From NCBI GenBank assembly GCA_001643675.2, contig LSRY02000015.1:1116001-1180000 (forward strand): DNA of 64,000 nt, given 5' to 3'. Positions within the stretch are counted from its first letter, which is position 1, and the number at the start of each line of letters is the position of its first letter. The position numbers were made by a program, and so were the translations under genes. This document shows positions 12,101 to 23,700 of this stretch, one piece after another. Source of the stretch: Monocercomonoides exilis PA203. Taxonomy: Eukaryota > Protista > Preaxostyla. The notes under the pieces are model-generated. The model did not search any database. It had not been told where the DNA came from and saw only the letters and a list, made by a program, of their open reading frames with translations.

Positions 12101-13916
12101 ATCAGCAAGTGCAAATCCTCCGCCATCAGCTACACCAGCATCAAATTTCACATACTATTCAATGCCTTATCCCACATCTTCACCAGCTGCTCTTAGCATT
12201 TGCTCTGCAAGTTCAGCTTCTTCAAGTTCATCAGAATCTTCGGCTTGTTCCATTGAGCCGAATGACACTGCTTCTATTGTGACTCAAATGTCAAAGCAGG
12301 TTGTTATTCAAGAAGCTGTGATTCCAAATTCCGAACAATCAAACGAGTTCTTTGAGAAACCAATTAAAGTTGATGCAGTGAAATTCCACAATGTAAAGGA
12401 TCAGTCTTGCTTCGAGATAAAAACACATCATTCGGAACAGAGCGTTTCTCAATCAGAAGATAACAATGTATTTGCTGACTGGTGTGGTGGCCCTTGGGGA
12501 CCAGTTTATTGGAGAGGAATTCGCATGCCTTCCTCTTTTGTACCGTCACAAGAGAAAGAATCATCGTCTTTACAATCCCCGCCACCTTCTTCAGCATATT
12601 TCCTTGCAGTTACTGGCCCAGCATTCAGGCATATGTATAATGAATATCAGCAACAGTTAAAAACACAAAACACAACTTCATTGGCAAGCCTGTCAGATTA
12701 TACAAACCATAAATCCAACAAGTTATATGAAGATCCAACATTAACATGCTTGTTCCGAAAAGTCTGCTTTTTATCTCCTGTATTTGCCAGAATGTCACCT
12801 GATGATAAAGCGCATCTTGTTGAAACATTGATAGACATGGGATTTATTACTGGTATGTGTGGCGATGGCTCAAATGATTGTGGTGCCCTCAAAGCAGCTC
12901 ATGTGGGTATTTCTCTTTCAGAAGTGGAAGCGTCTATTGCTGCTCCGTTTACAAGCAAAAATGCAAGCATTGGATGTGTTGAAACATTGATTCGTGAAGG
13001 AAGAGGAGCACTGGCTTCATCCTTCAATTCATTCAAAGCGACTGCTATATTCTCTATGATCCAGTTTATTTCAACAGCAATTTTGATTGGATATGATACA
13101 ATGCTTTCAGACTTTGACTTTCTCGTGCTGGATATTTTAATGACTTTGCCCATTCTTTTTACAACAGGATATGCAAAACCTTCAAAAACGCTAAGCCACA
13201 AAACGCCGCAGGGGTCTTTGATCTCATTTCCTGTTATTTCGTCCCTGTTTGTGCATATTGCAATTACTTTTATTGTTCAGTTCGGAGCAACATTAGTCAT
13301 GAAGCAATGCTATGATTATGTTCCAATGGACCCAAGTGAAGAAGATTATGACTTACACATCGAATCCTATGAGACAACCACTGTGTTTCTCTCCTCGCTC
13401 GTATCCTATTTTGTCAGTGGCCTCGTGATCAACCTCACCGACTCGTATTTGCAGCCTCTCTACTCAAACTGGCTGCTCTGTGTGGCTCTCCTGTTTGTGT
13501 TTGGCATCATGGCCTTCACATTCCTTCAGGAGTGGTCCTGGTTTACTGAGTTGATGCAGATGGTCCGATTGGAAGACTCCAAGTTTATTATATACTCTGC
13601 ATGTGCACTTGTTGTATCTTTTATTGTTCTTGCTGCGATCGAATACGGGATTAGTAAGCCAAATCTACCAAAGAAAATATCGAGGGCTCTTAACCCAAAA
13701 AAGAAATATCATCCAAAAACAAAGAATCACAAGGTAAATGTTAGCGATCCTACAGATGCTAATTCGTGCTCAAGTGAGAGAAATACAGCCAAATCAGAAG
13801 CAAGTGAAGAAAAAGCAATAAAAACAGCAAAGATTCGATGTGCGAATTACAAGAAGCCTTATTATGCACTCATTCACCAGATGCAAAACGAACAACAGAA
13901 AGGAATATTAGCATAA
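9114..13916 (+). CDS. P5B-type P-type ATPase (ATP13A2/Ypk9-like, putative polyamine transporter)
   Basis: LTGES, TM4 PPTLP, phosphorylation motif DKTGTLT, GDPLD, KGSPE, TGDN and MCGDGSNDCGALK; multiple TM helices; no introns. Confidence 0.93.
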   Translation: MVPSDNTTLAPQKSYLTFEDEVVRSIEFRELSYIRRFFFAIGCILTCGILALVCHWFHRLYVIMNYRKCSAEKSTKIVITDEYKNCHDCDRISYNENGKIIHMFLYKRIPFSFDENAKQFVPVRFNPSKPFYYYENVLSKGVYDHELKKLKAYNGKNSIEVPITPLYKLILDEGLHPFICFQIFSIIVWSLYDYYYYAVLVGVITIFTVISQIVQTRINMRNLQEMTRFESKVKVYRNGKEGQIISSYDLVPGDVFEAENDMTLPCDALLLSGQCIMNETMLTGESVPVIKTSIPHCCPPQCNLSENENNTQQINSESASSESQSENPEKEMEKTLPFVKPTEILNMERDKSYILFGGTKVIRARSLPSTLTEHTRPVCIAIRTSFSTAKGQLVRSILYPRPTKFKFFEDSFKFIGVLACLALIGFIVNAVIQTMYGEELLYIILRAGDLVTIAVPPTLPAVMSAGVSYAIARLKKDQIFCIASQRVNVAGKVKVMCFDKTGTLTEDGLSVLGVQDASKVPIDALDVDWAHTENHMYPLPPAAQTEATTSPTGNEEDSIIAFSSLKTETEELNSLPEIMSALSTCHSIATVDGANVGDPLDVKMFEFTKWNMTERGGDSELQGLNSIDSQCSKWIDEKTAISSSYQAIVYPSENNSNNQMNESVTESSYLPSFVIGILRRFEFSSHLQRMSVITHKNSMVTPDSAAMCNSSSDSCLTQSASLDIYTKGSPEALLPLCTQSSIPSDFHSKLASFTQRGLRVLALGHKTIQIPMKSNVTLSEASEQSTPKSLDYEVVNKMPREEVEHDLTFLGFFIMENKLKDTTTASISRLTAAGIRSLMVTGDNPLTAINVARECGLIPSPPLHVPSSAEEEAEKNKKAERSSKKKSRKTRKNQVQTASAMDAYPVFMAELDKNKNEVVWRSQELPGWTLDPETLYPIKEVSADEETIISDGDFETSSHRFTPVVATPPINAQVNDLQSLTSSPVTESPSRTSLTPSASANPPPSATPASNFTYYSMPYPTSSPAALSICSASSASSSSSESSACSIEPNDTASIVTQMSKQVVIQEAVIPNSEQSNEFFEKPIKVDAVKFHNVKDQSCFEIKTHHSEQSVSQSEDNNVFADWCGGPWGPVYWRGIRMPSSFVPSQEKESSSLQSPPPSSAYFLAVTGPAFRHMYNEYQQQLKTQNTTSLASLSDYTNHKSNKLYEDPTLTCLFRKVCFLSPVFARMSPDDKAHLVETLIDMGFITGMCGDGSNDCGALKAAHVGISLSEVEASIAAPFTSKNASIGCVETLIREGRGALASSFNSFKATAIFSMIQFISTAILIGYDTMLSDFDFLVLDILMTLPILFTTGYAKPSKTLSHKTPQGSLISFPVISSLFVHIAITFIVQFGATLVMKQCYDYVPMDPSEEDYDLHIESYETTTVFLSSLVSYFVSGLVINLTDSYLQPLYSNWLLCVALLFVFGIMAFTFLQEWSWFTELMQMVRLEDSKFIIYSACALVVSFIVLAAIEYGISKPNLPKKISRALNPKKKYHPKTKNHKVNVSDPTDANSCSSERNTAKSEASEEKAIKTAKIRCANYKKPYYALIHQMQNEQQKGILA

Positions 13917-14674
13917 TAAAACACCCAACTTTTTTATTTGAATTTTCAGTTTTTTTTAAAGCTTATTAACATTATTTTGGTATTGTAAATCATATATTTA
14001 TTTCATTTTCATATATGGGTTTCATATCACTCCTTTCTGGTGTTTTGTTTTGTATAGTAAGTAATTTTAATAACATTTTATTTCTGAATAATCGATGTAC
14101 ATTGGTGAATAGATTATCAATCGTTCAATTGTTATTTTTATTTTGAATTAGTTACATTTTGCTTTAGTATTTTAGTTTTTTTCAATATTTTTTAAAACAT
14201 TTTTATTTTTTGTTTTCGTATGTTAACGTTGAATACTTCCAAGAATTACGCCTCTAATGTCTTTGCTTCTCTTTATTGGTCTTTCATTCTTTCTTTATCT
14301 TATTTTTTTTAAAATTAACTTATACTTTCTGATTGGAGAGTTAGTTGCATTTGTGCGGATTAAAAAACATTTTTTTGAAACTATTGTTTTTTAAGAGTAG
14401 TTCTTTTTTTATTTGACAATTTACGGATTGTAATTTATTTGAATTGTTACATAAAAGTTTTATTTTTTTCAGTATGTCCTAATCTTCCATTATCTGACTT
14501 ATGTTATGCTATAATTTGCATTAGCTTTACTCATCAACAGTGTTTTCTAAAGAATCTTATTCTTGCAAAGTTTGGAGTATTCATTAATTAAAGACGTTAT
14601 GTCGTTTTCAGTGATGTTTATTTGAATCAATTTTTTTCGTTTATTCTTTGAGAATATTTTGCTCTTACTCTCCC

Positions 14675-14848
14675 TGTAGGTGAAGGGAAGTGTGGCGGAA
14701 TGATTCACAGAGAGGGCGCCATGTGAGAGAGGAGATTGCGCTTTCGTGGTTGAATGGAGGTTGGTGCAGGCTGCCTCCAAGGAACCACTGGCAGACGATC
14801 GCTCTCTCGTGTCACTTTCTTGCTTTTCGCTGGCTCTCTTCACCTACA
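14675..14848 (+). ncRNA. Candidate structured ncRNA (GC-rich rod-like hairpin, unassigned family)
   Basis: GC-rich island in an AT-rich spacer. Terminal stem TGTAGGTGAAG/CTTCACCTACA; nested GAGAGAG/CTCTCTC, GTGGTT/AACCAC and TGGAGG/CCTCCA; extra pairs are G-U on the + strand. Confidence 0.55.
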
Positions 14849-16106
14849 AAGCACTAATTTTCAAAGGGTTTTCTTTTATTTTATGCTTTTGCTTTTCAGT
14901 TTTTAACGTTTTATTTGAAATTTTATTTTGATGTTGTAATAATTGAACTAAAAAATATAAAAAAATAAAAAAAATATAAAAAAACTATATTTTGTTTGAA
15001 AATCGGAACATTTTAAAGTTAATTACTGAAAATCCAAAATGCCAAAGCATACAGAACAATTAAATGATAAGTTGATGAACCTTTTTTCAATATTCACAAC
15101 AGCTTCACAATTTCTTTGCAAAAGAAGAAATGGGACAGAATTTTTTCTTTAAAGAAAAATTCAATGATTTGTTCCAAACTTTTTCTGCAAACGAATGATT
15201 ATTATTCTTTCATTATCGTGCAATATTAAATATTAAAATATAAAAAATCGAAAAAAAATCTTTGAAAGAATTATGTGGAACAAAATTCATAAAACAAAAA
15301 ATTTTGTTCCAAATGGTTAGTTAGCAAATAAATCATTAATGACTTTTTTGTCCGTTTTTCAATATGTTGCATTTTATCAATGAATTAAGCATCTTTCTCA
15401 TTATTTTATGAATTAACTTCAGTGCCTCTTTTTCATATTCTAACCGAACGGACATTCAGCGATTGTGCTTATTCTGCTATTTCGCTTTCAGATGAACTCG
15501 GTAAAGTGTAACTTATTGGGTCCGAAATTTTTCATAGAAATTATCTTTATTTATTTCTGAACATTCTTCATTGTTGAAAATTCGATTAATAAATGTGTAA
15601 TTAAGTTTCAACGATTAACAAATAAGTTGTGAATTTCAGTTTCATTACCAAAAATAAAACCAGAATTTTCAAATATTTATAGAAACAAAAAAATTTTCTT
15701 CATTCTCCAAACAATTTGCTTCTTTATTTAACTTTAATCAAAAAATTCTCAAAAAAAAAGGTTGTTATTTACAGAATCTATAAATATTTCATCATCTTTG
15801 AAGTTTTCTTTTCATTATCCATAAAAAATATTGAATGGATCTGTCCAACCTATTGAGTGATAATGATTAAAAAATAATGTTCTGATAGGATTTTTCAATA
15901 AAAAATATAATTTTTATACAAGAAATATCATTCGATGAATGATGATATTCGAATGTGTCGCATTTGGTGAAATATTGATAATAATTCACAATAAATCAGG
16001 ACCCAATATGTTACATCTTACCATGAACTCTTTGATTCACACAGCAAATTTACTTATTAAAACTTAACATTATTATTTTGTCAAAAAAGTCAAAGTGAAA
16101 AAAATT

Positions 16107-17837
16107 CTACTTTTTCTCTTTATCTCCCCCGTCCCCTGAATCCTTCCCGTGCTGTGCTGCATTCTGCGCATTCATCTCATCAATAGCTTGCATTTCAGTT
16201 GCAAGTTGTCTGATTGCATCTTCCGTTGGTTCAATCCCACTCTCCAACAAAACCCTGCGCAGCTCTTCGTCTTGCATTAAATCTTCTGCTGAGTGTGCGC
16301 TAGATTCCCCACTGCTCTGTGAACTAGCGTTGGCAGACGCTGTTGAAGAAGACTGAGCAGAAGCAGACGAAGGAGCATTGCTTCCAGATGCCTCTTGTTG
16401 CATATGCTCCTGCATAGACATTTCCAAAACTCGCGCCATTATTTCATCTTCGGTCAAATTCATGTCATCCATTTCGTTATCTGCATCTGAGAAATGCAAA
16501 ACATTAAAATTTGAAAAAAAGTTCAAAAAAATGTAACGATTTCAATGATGAAATAAGATAATCATACCGATTTCTTTGTTTAAAAATGAATGTTAATTTG
16601 AAAAAAGAATATATCAAAAAGAGTAAAGAATTGGAATGCAAAAGATTCATAGGATACCTCTACCTGGTTGTTCAGCACCACGCTTTTGTGCAGCTTCCAT
16701 GCTACTTTCACGAAGAGCCTTTACATATGAAGTGTATAAAATACGAGAAGCAAACAAATGAATCCAAAATAAACTTCGTGAGAAGGCATACCCAAGCCAT
16801 TTCTGGATCCATTTCCATGTCTCCTCCTTCAACATCCATTCCTCCTGCGCCAGCTCCTCCCAAACCGAAAATAGGTGAAGTGAGAATCATTGTGTCCAAA
16901 TCCCCTCTCCCTGGCTTGAATTCCATCAAAGCACTTACATGCATATCAATTATTGAGAATGATGAATTTTTGATTCGAAGCGTTTTTAAAAAAAAAGAAA
17001 ATAAAAATCAGACTGAAGCAAATCAAAAATTCCGTTAAACCTGTTTCCTTCTTTGTTTGTTGCATTAACGAGTGCATTCAATTTTTCTGCATTTGCAGCA
17101 ATTTCTCCAATACTAACAACAAAGATTCCAACATTGTTTTTCTACAAAAATTAAAGTGGAAAATTTTCATTAACTCACGAACAATCGCGATATTATATCA
17201 ACCTTTAGTTTTTTCCCCATCCTTTCACAAGCATTCAATGTTTCAGGAAGTGGATGTCCAACAACAGCGATTATTTTATTTGTTGGAGTTTTTTCTGAGT
17301 GACGACGTTTCATAACAAGCTTTAAGAAAATTTTAAAACGAAAAGTGAATGATATAATTGATATAATTAAAAAAATCAAATTCCACAAACAAGTGATATT
17401 TCCAAAGCTCTAAGAAAATCAGGACCGTCTTCAATGTTAAATTCTTCAACTGTCCTCATTAAATATGCAGCATCATGAGTTAAAGAAACAACAGCTTCAG
17501 CACTAATAAAAATATCAAATCAATTTCGAGGATGCCAATACAAGCAATATGTCAATAAATTTGTAAGTCAGAAAATTACAGCATAAACAATTGATATTTC
17601 ATACCCTCCAGATATCTTAACTATTGCGCAATTGTTTTCTGGGTTCTTTCCTAATGTGGCATCTATAATTGATCTTGTAGCAAAGTTTTGAGCAAAAAAG
17701 CGAGATGGAGTGTAGTCGGAGTTCCTCATGAACTCAGAATTATCCAGACTTATAAGGATATCGAATTAAAAAAATGCATCCATGAAAAATAACATAAAGA
17801 ACGTTGTATGTTCATACCAAATCACCGTATTCTCCAT
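16107..17837 (-). CDS. RPN10: 26S proteasome ubiquitin receptor Rpn10/PSMD4, 8 exons (introns 17749-17817, 17503-17604, 17320-17390, 17142-17202, 16934-17040, 16719-16791, 16487-16663)
   Basis: Spliced product MENTVICLDNSEFMRNSDYTPSRF..NPENN..LKKNNV..ILTSPI (vWA domain), then UIMs DPEMAWALRESSME and EDEIMARVLEMSMQE; all seven GT-AG introns keep the frame. Confidence 0.93.
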
Positions 17838-18118
17838 AGGTCCAACCAACTTTAACTAATGGCAACGTTGATCAAGAATATAGTTGTTGGATAAATTAAT
17901 CCATTTATTATTTGTAAAGTGATTTTGAAAAATATTGTAAGATGTTTAATGCATATTTCAAACTTCAAAAAACAAAAACACACAAAAAAATATTTATTCA
18001 GCATAAATAAAATCACAAAATACATAAAGAACATGAAAAATGGAAGTCAAGACGATAACATGATGAAATTTTGAATAACTGTATTAATAGACATCACAGC
18101 ATCATTTTACTCTTCCAT

Positions 18119-20278
18119 TTATTTCTTTTTCATGTTTCTTTTTCCAAAAATGAAATTTTTCCATCCTTTTTTCATGTTTTTCCCCATTTCATCAAAGGCA
18201 AACAGGTACTTTCGTTGCCACGGAGTAGGAAGAAGCTGCCATTTTTTTCTATTGTTAATCATTTGTTTAATCGAAAATAACTTTTTCTCCTTCAATGCTT
18301 TCAGTTGCTTTCTATGAGAAAATGATTGACTGGTTGGTTGAGAGGCAAGTCTTGGAGACTGCTTCGTCATTGAACAATATGAATTAAAAAGAAAATTTGA
18401 ACAAAACATTTCTGAAGATAACGGAGCAATGATTATAAGAGATTCATTTTCAGATTCAGATGTAGAAGCTATTTCATCATTTTTAACTAAATCATCGTCA
18501 CATTCATTGCAAATGATTCCTTTTTCCATCTTTTCAAAATCAAACTGCCCTTCTTTTTCTTCGAAATCATTAATCTCCTCCTTCTCGTCACACATCAGCT
18601 GGATATCGGTTTTTGTATTGAGGAGAAGCTGATAGCAATGATTGTTTGAAAGCAAGCAATCATCTTCAGAAAATGGATACTGGAAAAGTGACAAGGCATT
18701 CCTGCCGTCTGGAAGAATAAGAGTTTTTTGATTGGAAGCATTCACAGAAGATGAAGATAAAATTTTAGAAGATTCAAAATAGCTTGGCAATGTTGTTAAT
18801 GTGTTGAGTAATGAAAAATCGCGGTTCTTTGCTGCTTCCAGAGAAGTTCCTTGTTTCTTGCTTTGAGGAATTAACAGAAGATTATGTTTGGTTTGATTTG
18901 ATAATCTCAATCTTTGAGTATTATTCGATGACAATTGATCTCCACTGAACAATTCTGGAATAGCATTTGAATAATGAATGCGCTCATGCAACGAATCCTT
19001 TGAATCTTCACTCTCCGCTTTCATCAGAACAGATGCAGTTAATGGAGCAGGATGTGAAAACTGAAAAGGATAATCAAAAGAAAAAATAGAACTCTGAAAC
19101 TGATAATTATGTTGTTCTTTAACAGGAGTTGAAGATAAGTTGTGAGTATTCATCCATTCATCACAATTTGCAGAACTTTCAAAAGACACATGCTCAAAAG
19201 AATTTCCATTTTCATTGTAAATTTCGCTAATTTTATCGTCATTCATTTCTTTTTCCCTTTCCTTTTTCTTTTCCTCAGTTTCCTCTTTCAACTTTAATTG
19301 GATTGCTTCTTTTTCTTTCAAAGTCTCCTCATATTTTTCCTCATCTGTCAGCTGCTTCAAGCGATCCTCCTTCTCAAATCGCTTCTCTGCCTTTTCAATC
19401 ATCTCTCTAATTTCCTCCTTTTCCATCACACTCATATTTTCATCACCATCTCCGCTCAGCATGCATTTCAATTCTTCCACTGTAATAACCAACAAAGACT
19501 CATTTGCCTTCTCTGGCTCATGTACCTTGTCTAAACAATCCATTTTGACCATCGCTGCATTCCACATCAGCTGCTCCTCTTCGTTTTGGATCCAATCCTT
19601 CTGCACCCACTCTCCAAACAACTTGGCGAATTTTCTGGCCGCTTTTATTTCTTTCTTAATCACTTTCCTTTCTCTCGGAAGAAGTGTCATCGAAGTCGGA
19701 ATCCCGCTCATCCCGGTCTTCTTGAGCAAGTCCATATCGTATCTTTCCCATTGCTTAATCATACTTGTTTTCAAGCTGTTTATGATCGCTTTTTTTTCTA
19801 ATGGTATTTTTAATTCAACGGCCTTATCTGGAACTTTAATTGCCATTTCAATTTGAGTATCAACTGCATCCATTATCTGATTTTCAGGTAATGCATACAA
19901 AGATTTTGCATCATTTGCAACAGTGGGATCTGAATGTGTAATCTTTTGATGATCATTTCGCTGAATTGTTGAAAAATTCGAATGAAGATAAGTAGAATGC
20001 GTACTGCTTTCTTCAAGTGCTGTTTCTTTGCAATGTAGTTTTCTAATTGAAGAAATGTCAGTAAAAGTTTTTGTATGCGAATCTTGTGTGTGGTCTTCTT
20101 CTTGAGCACGGGGATTTTCTTCTCGTAATTCATTTCTTATTGCAAATGGAACAGAAGAAACATCTGTCAAAGTCTTTGAGCCAAATATAGAATTTTCAAC
20201 AAAGGTTGTACTGCAAGATAATGCCGTTGAGGGTTTATTCCATAGAGCATTTTCATTCGTAACACTTGAAGTTTTCAA
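18119..20278 (-). CDS. Hypothetical protein (~720 aa); true start probably in an upstream exon
   Basis: Long ORF beginning at TTG just downstream of a TTTTCAG acceptor (~20284); central Glu/Lys coiled coil; no recognisable domain. Confidence 0.6.
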   Translation of the reverse strand: MKTSSVTNENALWNKPSTALSCSTTFVENSIFGSKTLTDVSSVPFAIRNELREENPRAQEEDHTQDSHTKTFTDISSIRKLHCKETALEESSTHSTYLHSNFSTIQRNDHQKITHSDPTVANDAKSLYALPENQIMDAVDTQIEMAIKVPDKAVELKIPLEKKAIINSLKTSMIKQWERYDMDLLKKTGMSGIPTSMTLLPRERKVIKKEIKAARKFAKLFGEWVQKDWIQNEEEQLMWNAAMVKMDCLDKVHEPEKANESLLVITVEELKCMLSGDGDENMSVMEKEEIREMIEKAEKRFEKEDRLKQLTDEEKYEETLKEKEAIQLKLKEETEEKKKEREKEMNDDKISEIYNENGNSFEHVSFESSANCDEWMNTHNLSSTPVKEQHNYQFQSSIFSFDYPFQFSHPAPLTASVLMKAESEDSKDSLHERIHYSNAIPELFSGDQLSSNNTQRLRLSNQTKHNLLLIPQSKKQGTSLEAAKNRDFSLLNTLTTLPSYFESSKILSSSSVNASNQKTLILPDGRNALSLFQYPFSEDDCLLSNNHCYQLLLNTKTDIQLMCDEKEEINDFEEKEGQFDFEKMEKGIICNECDDDLVKNDEIASTSESENESLIIIAPLSSEMFCSNFLFNSYCSMTKQSPRLASQPTSQSFSHRKQLKALKEKKLFSIKQMINNRKKWQLLPTPWQRKYLFAFDEMGKNMKKGWKNFIFGKRNMKKK

Positions 20279-20733
20279 AAAACCTGAAAAATATAATGTG
20301 AAAAAAATTCAAAAATCGTAACAATAGAACAAATTTGGGAAAAAAAACCTTTCCCGTTGAGATGCCGAAAATCATTTATATCAAAGTGACTTAAACTTTC
20401 GCTTTCAAATTTGTCTACAACATTCTGGAGTGATAAACGATAATCAAACAAAATAATATTAATAAATGAAATATATAGTTAAAAATAAAGAGCATGAAAA
20501 GAAAATTAAAAGTAATATTATGAATAATTATAAAATAAACATTTCATGCCATATAAACGTGAAACGAAAAACGTAATAATCTGATTACAAAATTATGGTT
20601 TGAACAAAAATAATGTGTGCTAAAATTTTAAAATGTTATGAAATAATTTGTTCAATGTAAAATTTTATGCGAAATAAAGCAAATATTTATTCCACCCATA
20701 TATTTTTCTATTAATTATCCTCATAAGATTGTT

Positions 20734-23700
20734 ATGTTTCTGTTCATTGCTTTAACAATCTTTGCAGCTTCGTGTGCATCGCCAGAGAAGTTTGTATTGC
20801 GATTTCTTTCACTGTAATTTAAATTTTTGAATAGAAAAACGACGAAAATAGAAAATGTTACACGGGTTGAATTTTCTGCAGATATTGCAAGATTGATGAA
20901 ACTGATCGTGAATTCCTTATACTCAAATAAGGAAATTTTTTTGCGGGAACTTATTTCCAATTCGGCAGATGCACTCAGCAAAGTCAAATTTGAAGCAAAA
21001 ACTAATCCTGCAATCCTCGGAGAAGGGGAAATGCAAAAACTCGAAATCCATATTATACCAGACGAAGACGAGCAAACGCTGACTATTATTGATACTGGTA
21101 TTGGAATGTCTCGCGAAGAGTTAATTCAAAATCTTGGAACAATTGCTCACTCTGGGACTCTTCAGTTCTTTGAGAAAGCATCGAATGGATCCAAGGACAA
21201 TGACTTGATTGGGCAATTTGGTGTTGGATTTTATTCAGCATTTTTGGTTGCAGATCGGGTTTCAGTTACATCAAAGAGATATAACACAACACAAAATATA
21301 TGGTCTTCATTAGATGCTCAATCTTACACCATACAAGAAGATACAACAGGAGAAGACTTAGGCCGAGGAACGAAAGTTAAATTGTATTTAAAGGATCCAC
21401 GATTTGCGAACTCATCAATTATTCAAAAACTTATCCAAAAGTATTCACAATTTGTTAACTATCCGATTTTTGTGCGCTTTGAGAAAGAAGACCAGTGGAC
21501 ATACGAGCGAAAGATGAAGGAAGATCAGCGCGCATATGAAGAAGCAGAGCGGAAATGGTACGAGCAGTTCCATCCCCACGAGAAGCTGGAAGAGACAGAG
21601 AAGTTTGACGATGAGAACTACAACGACGAGGTGCCGGAGTCTGTCTATGAAGAGCGGCAGGTCAACCTTCTGCCTCCGATTTGGACGCGCAACCCAGCCA
21701 CAGGCCGTGACGAGGACTTTGTGTCGCGCGAGGAATACGAAGACTTCTTCATCACAGTGACCAATGGAGCATACCGGCCAGACTATCCGCTGAGCCACCT
21801 GCACCTCCACAACGAGGACGAGATCAAATTCAAGACACTGCTGTACATCCCGCCGAAGCTGCCGGCTGGGCGCACGCACTTCTCCATCGCGCGTATCAGC
21901 CCGCTGCGGCTGTATGTGAAGAAAGTGCTGGTGACGGAGGAGCTGGTGGACTTTCTGCCAGATTACTTGACGTGGGCGAGAGGTGTGGTGGAGATAGAAG
22001 ATTTGAGGGACCCACTGATTGCGCCGAAGGAAGGGGAAGAGCAAGAGCAGAAAACGAAGGACAAGACAGACGAAGAGGCCGACGAGTCGATTGCGCTGAA
22101 TGTGTCGCGGGAGATGCTGCAAGAATCAAAAGCGCTGAAGCTCATTGCGAAGAAGCTGGCGAGGAAGCTTATTGAGCACGTTGTGGCGCTGTCTGAAAGG
22201 GCAAGACACGAAGAGTCAGACGAAGATGTGGAAGCGTATGATACATTCTATCGCGAGTTTCAGACAGAAGTGAAGATTGGGATGAGGGAGGACGAAGACA
22301 ACCGGATGATTCTGGCGAAGCTGCTGCGGTTCAACACATCGCTTGTGACAAGCAAGTCGTATTCACTGGACGATTACATTGAGGAAGAGATGCAGAAGTT
22401 TGAGGAGAAAGAGAAAGAAGAGGCAGCTAGGAATCCAAATGGAACCTCTTCTTCTTCTTCTTCATACAGAAGGAGAAAAGAAAACATCCCCATTCTTTAC
22501 TATGCAGTAGACACTGAAAACGCTGATAAAGCCTTGTCATTTGTGAGGCAGTCACCGTATCTCCAGCCGTTCAATGCGGAGAATCGCAATGTGCTTCTTC
22601 TCTTTGAAGCAGAAGAAGAAGCACTGCTAATGCGGATGGCAGCGTTTGAGGGCCATCCAATCTATTCTGTGCAAGACGAGCTGAGGAACAAAGTGCGGGA
22701 GTTTGAAGAGAATGGGCCATTGAGGAAGAAGATAGCGCAATGGAGAAAAGATCTGGTGCCCTTGGTGAATTGGGCGACGTCTGTGCTGTCGGGAAAAGTG
22801 GATCGAGTGGACATATCAGCAAAGCTGGCGATGGGCGACTGGGACAGAGCACAGGAGCTGCTGAGGGAGATGAAGATTGACGAGAAGGAGAAGAAAAGAT
22901 TGAGGGCGATGCTGAGAAGAGATGAAGAGGAGCTGAAGAGATTGGAGGAGTTCAAGAAGCAGAAGAGAGGGCCGGGGAAGAAAGATGAATATTTGGAAGA
23001 AGATGAGGAAAAGAAAGAAAAGGAGGACAAGGAGAAAGGAAAAGACACAAAAGAAGCTAAAAAAGTAGAGAAAACAAAGGAATCTTCAAAGCATCCACCC
23101 GCTTTTCTCGCCGACAGCAAGGAGAAGAAAGAAAAAATGAGAAAACTTGCTCTTTTGGACATCAAATCCATTCCCTGTGCAGTTGTGGCTGGCGAAGGAG
23201 CATTGTCAAGTGGAATGAATCGTCTGTACCAGGATCATCATTTAGCCTCGAAGGAGCTGAAGGAGCGGTGGGCGAAGCGGGTGTTTGAGCTGAATCCAGC
23301 GTCTCCTCTGATTCAGAGGATGAACAAGGCGCTGATATCGATCCAGGCAAGAAAAGCAGCAGAAGTTAGAGGAAGAGAAGAAAGAGAAAGAGCAAAAGCA
23401 GAAGGAAGGGCGGTGGCAGAAGGGACGCCAGCGGAAGAAGAAATGATTGTGACAGATGAAGGCGAACTTATTTCACCGATTGCTTCGGACATGAAGAAGA
23501 TGGAGATGATGCTGATGACGATGTATGAGACCGCTGCGATGAATGCTGGATACGGTGTGGGGAAGAAGATTGCGTATTCTGATAGGCTTTTTGAAGTGTT
23601 GTCATCGATGGCAGGGCTGCCGCATGCTCCTGTGCTGCCGGAGGATGTGGATGAAGACTTTGAGGAGTGGCTGGAGAAAGAAGTGGAGGAGGAGAAAGAG

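Noticed and set aside
14675-14848. SRP RNA, tRNA or SECIS identity for the GC-rich hairpin
   Set aside because: No SRP helix-8 motif or GNRA loop, no cloverleaf, no canonical SECIS core with apical AA, and no upstream in-frame UGA gene.
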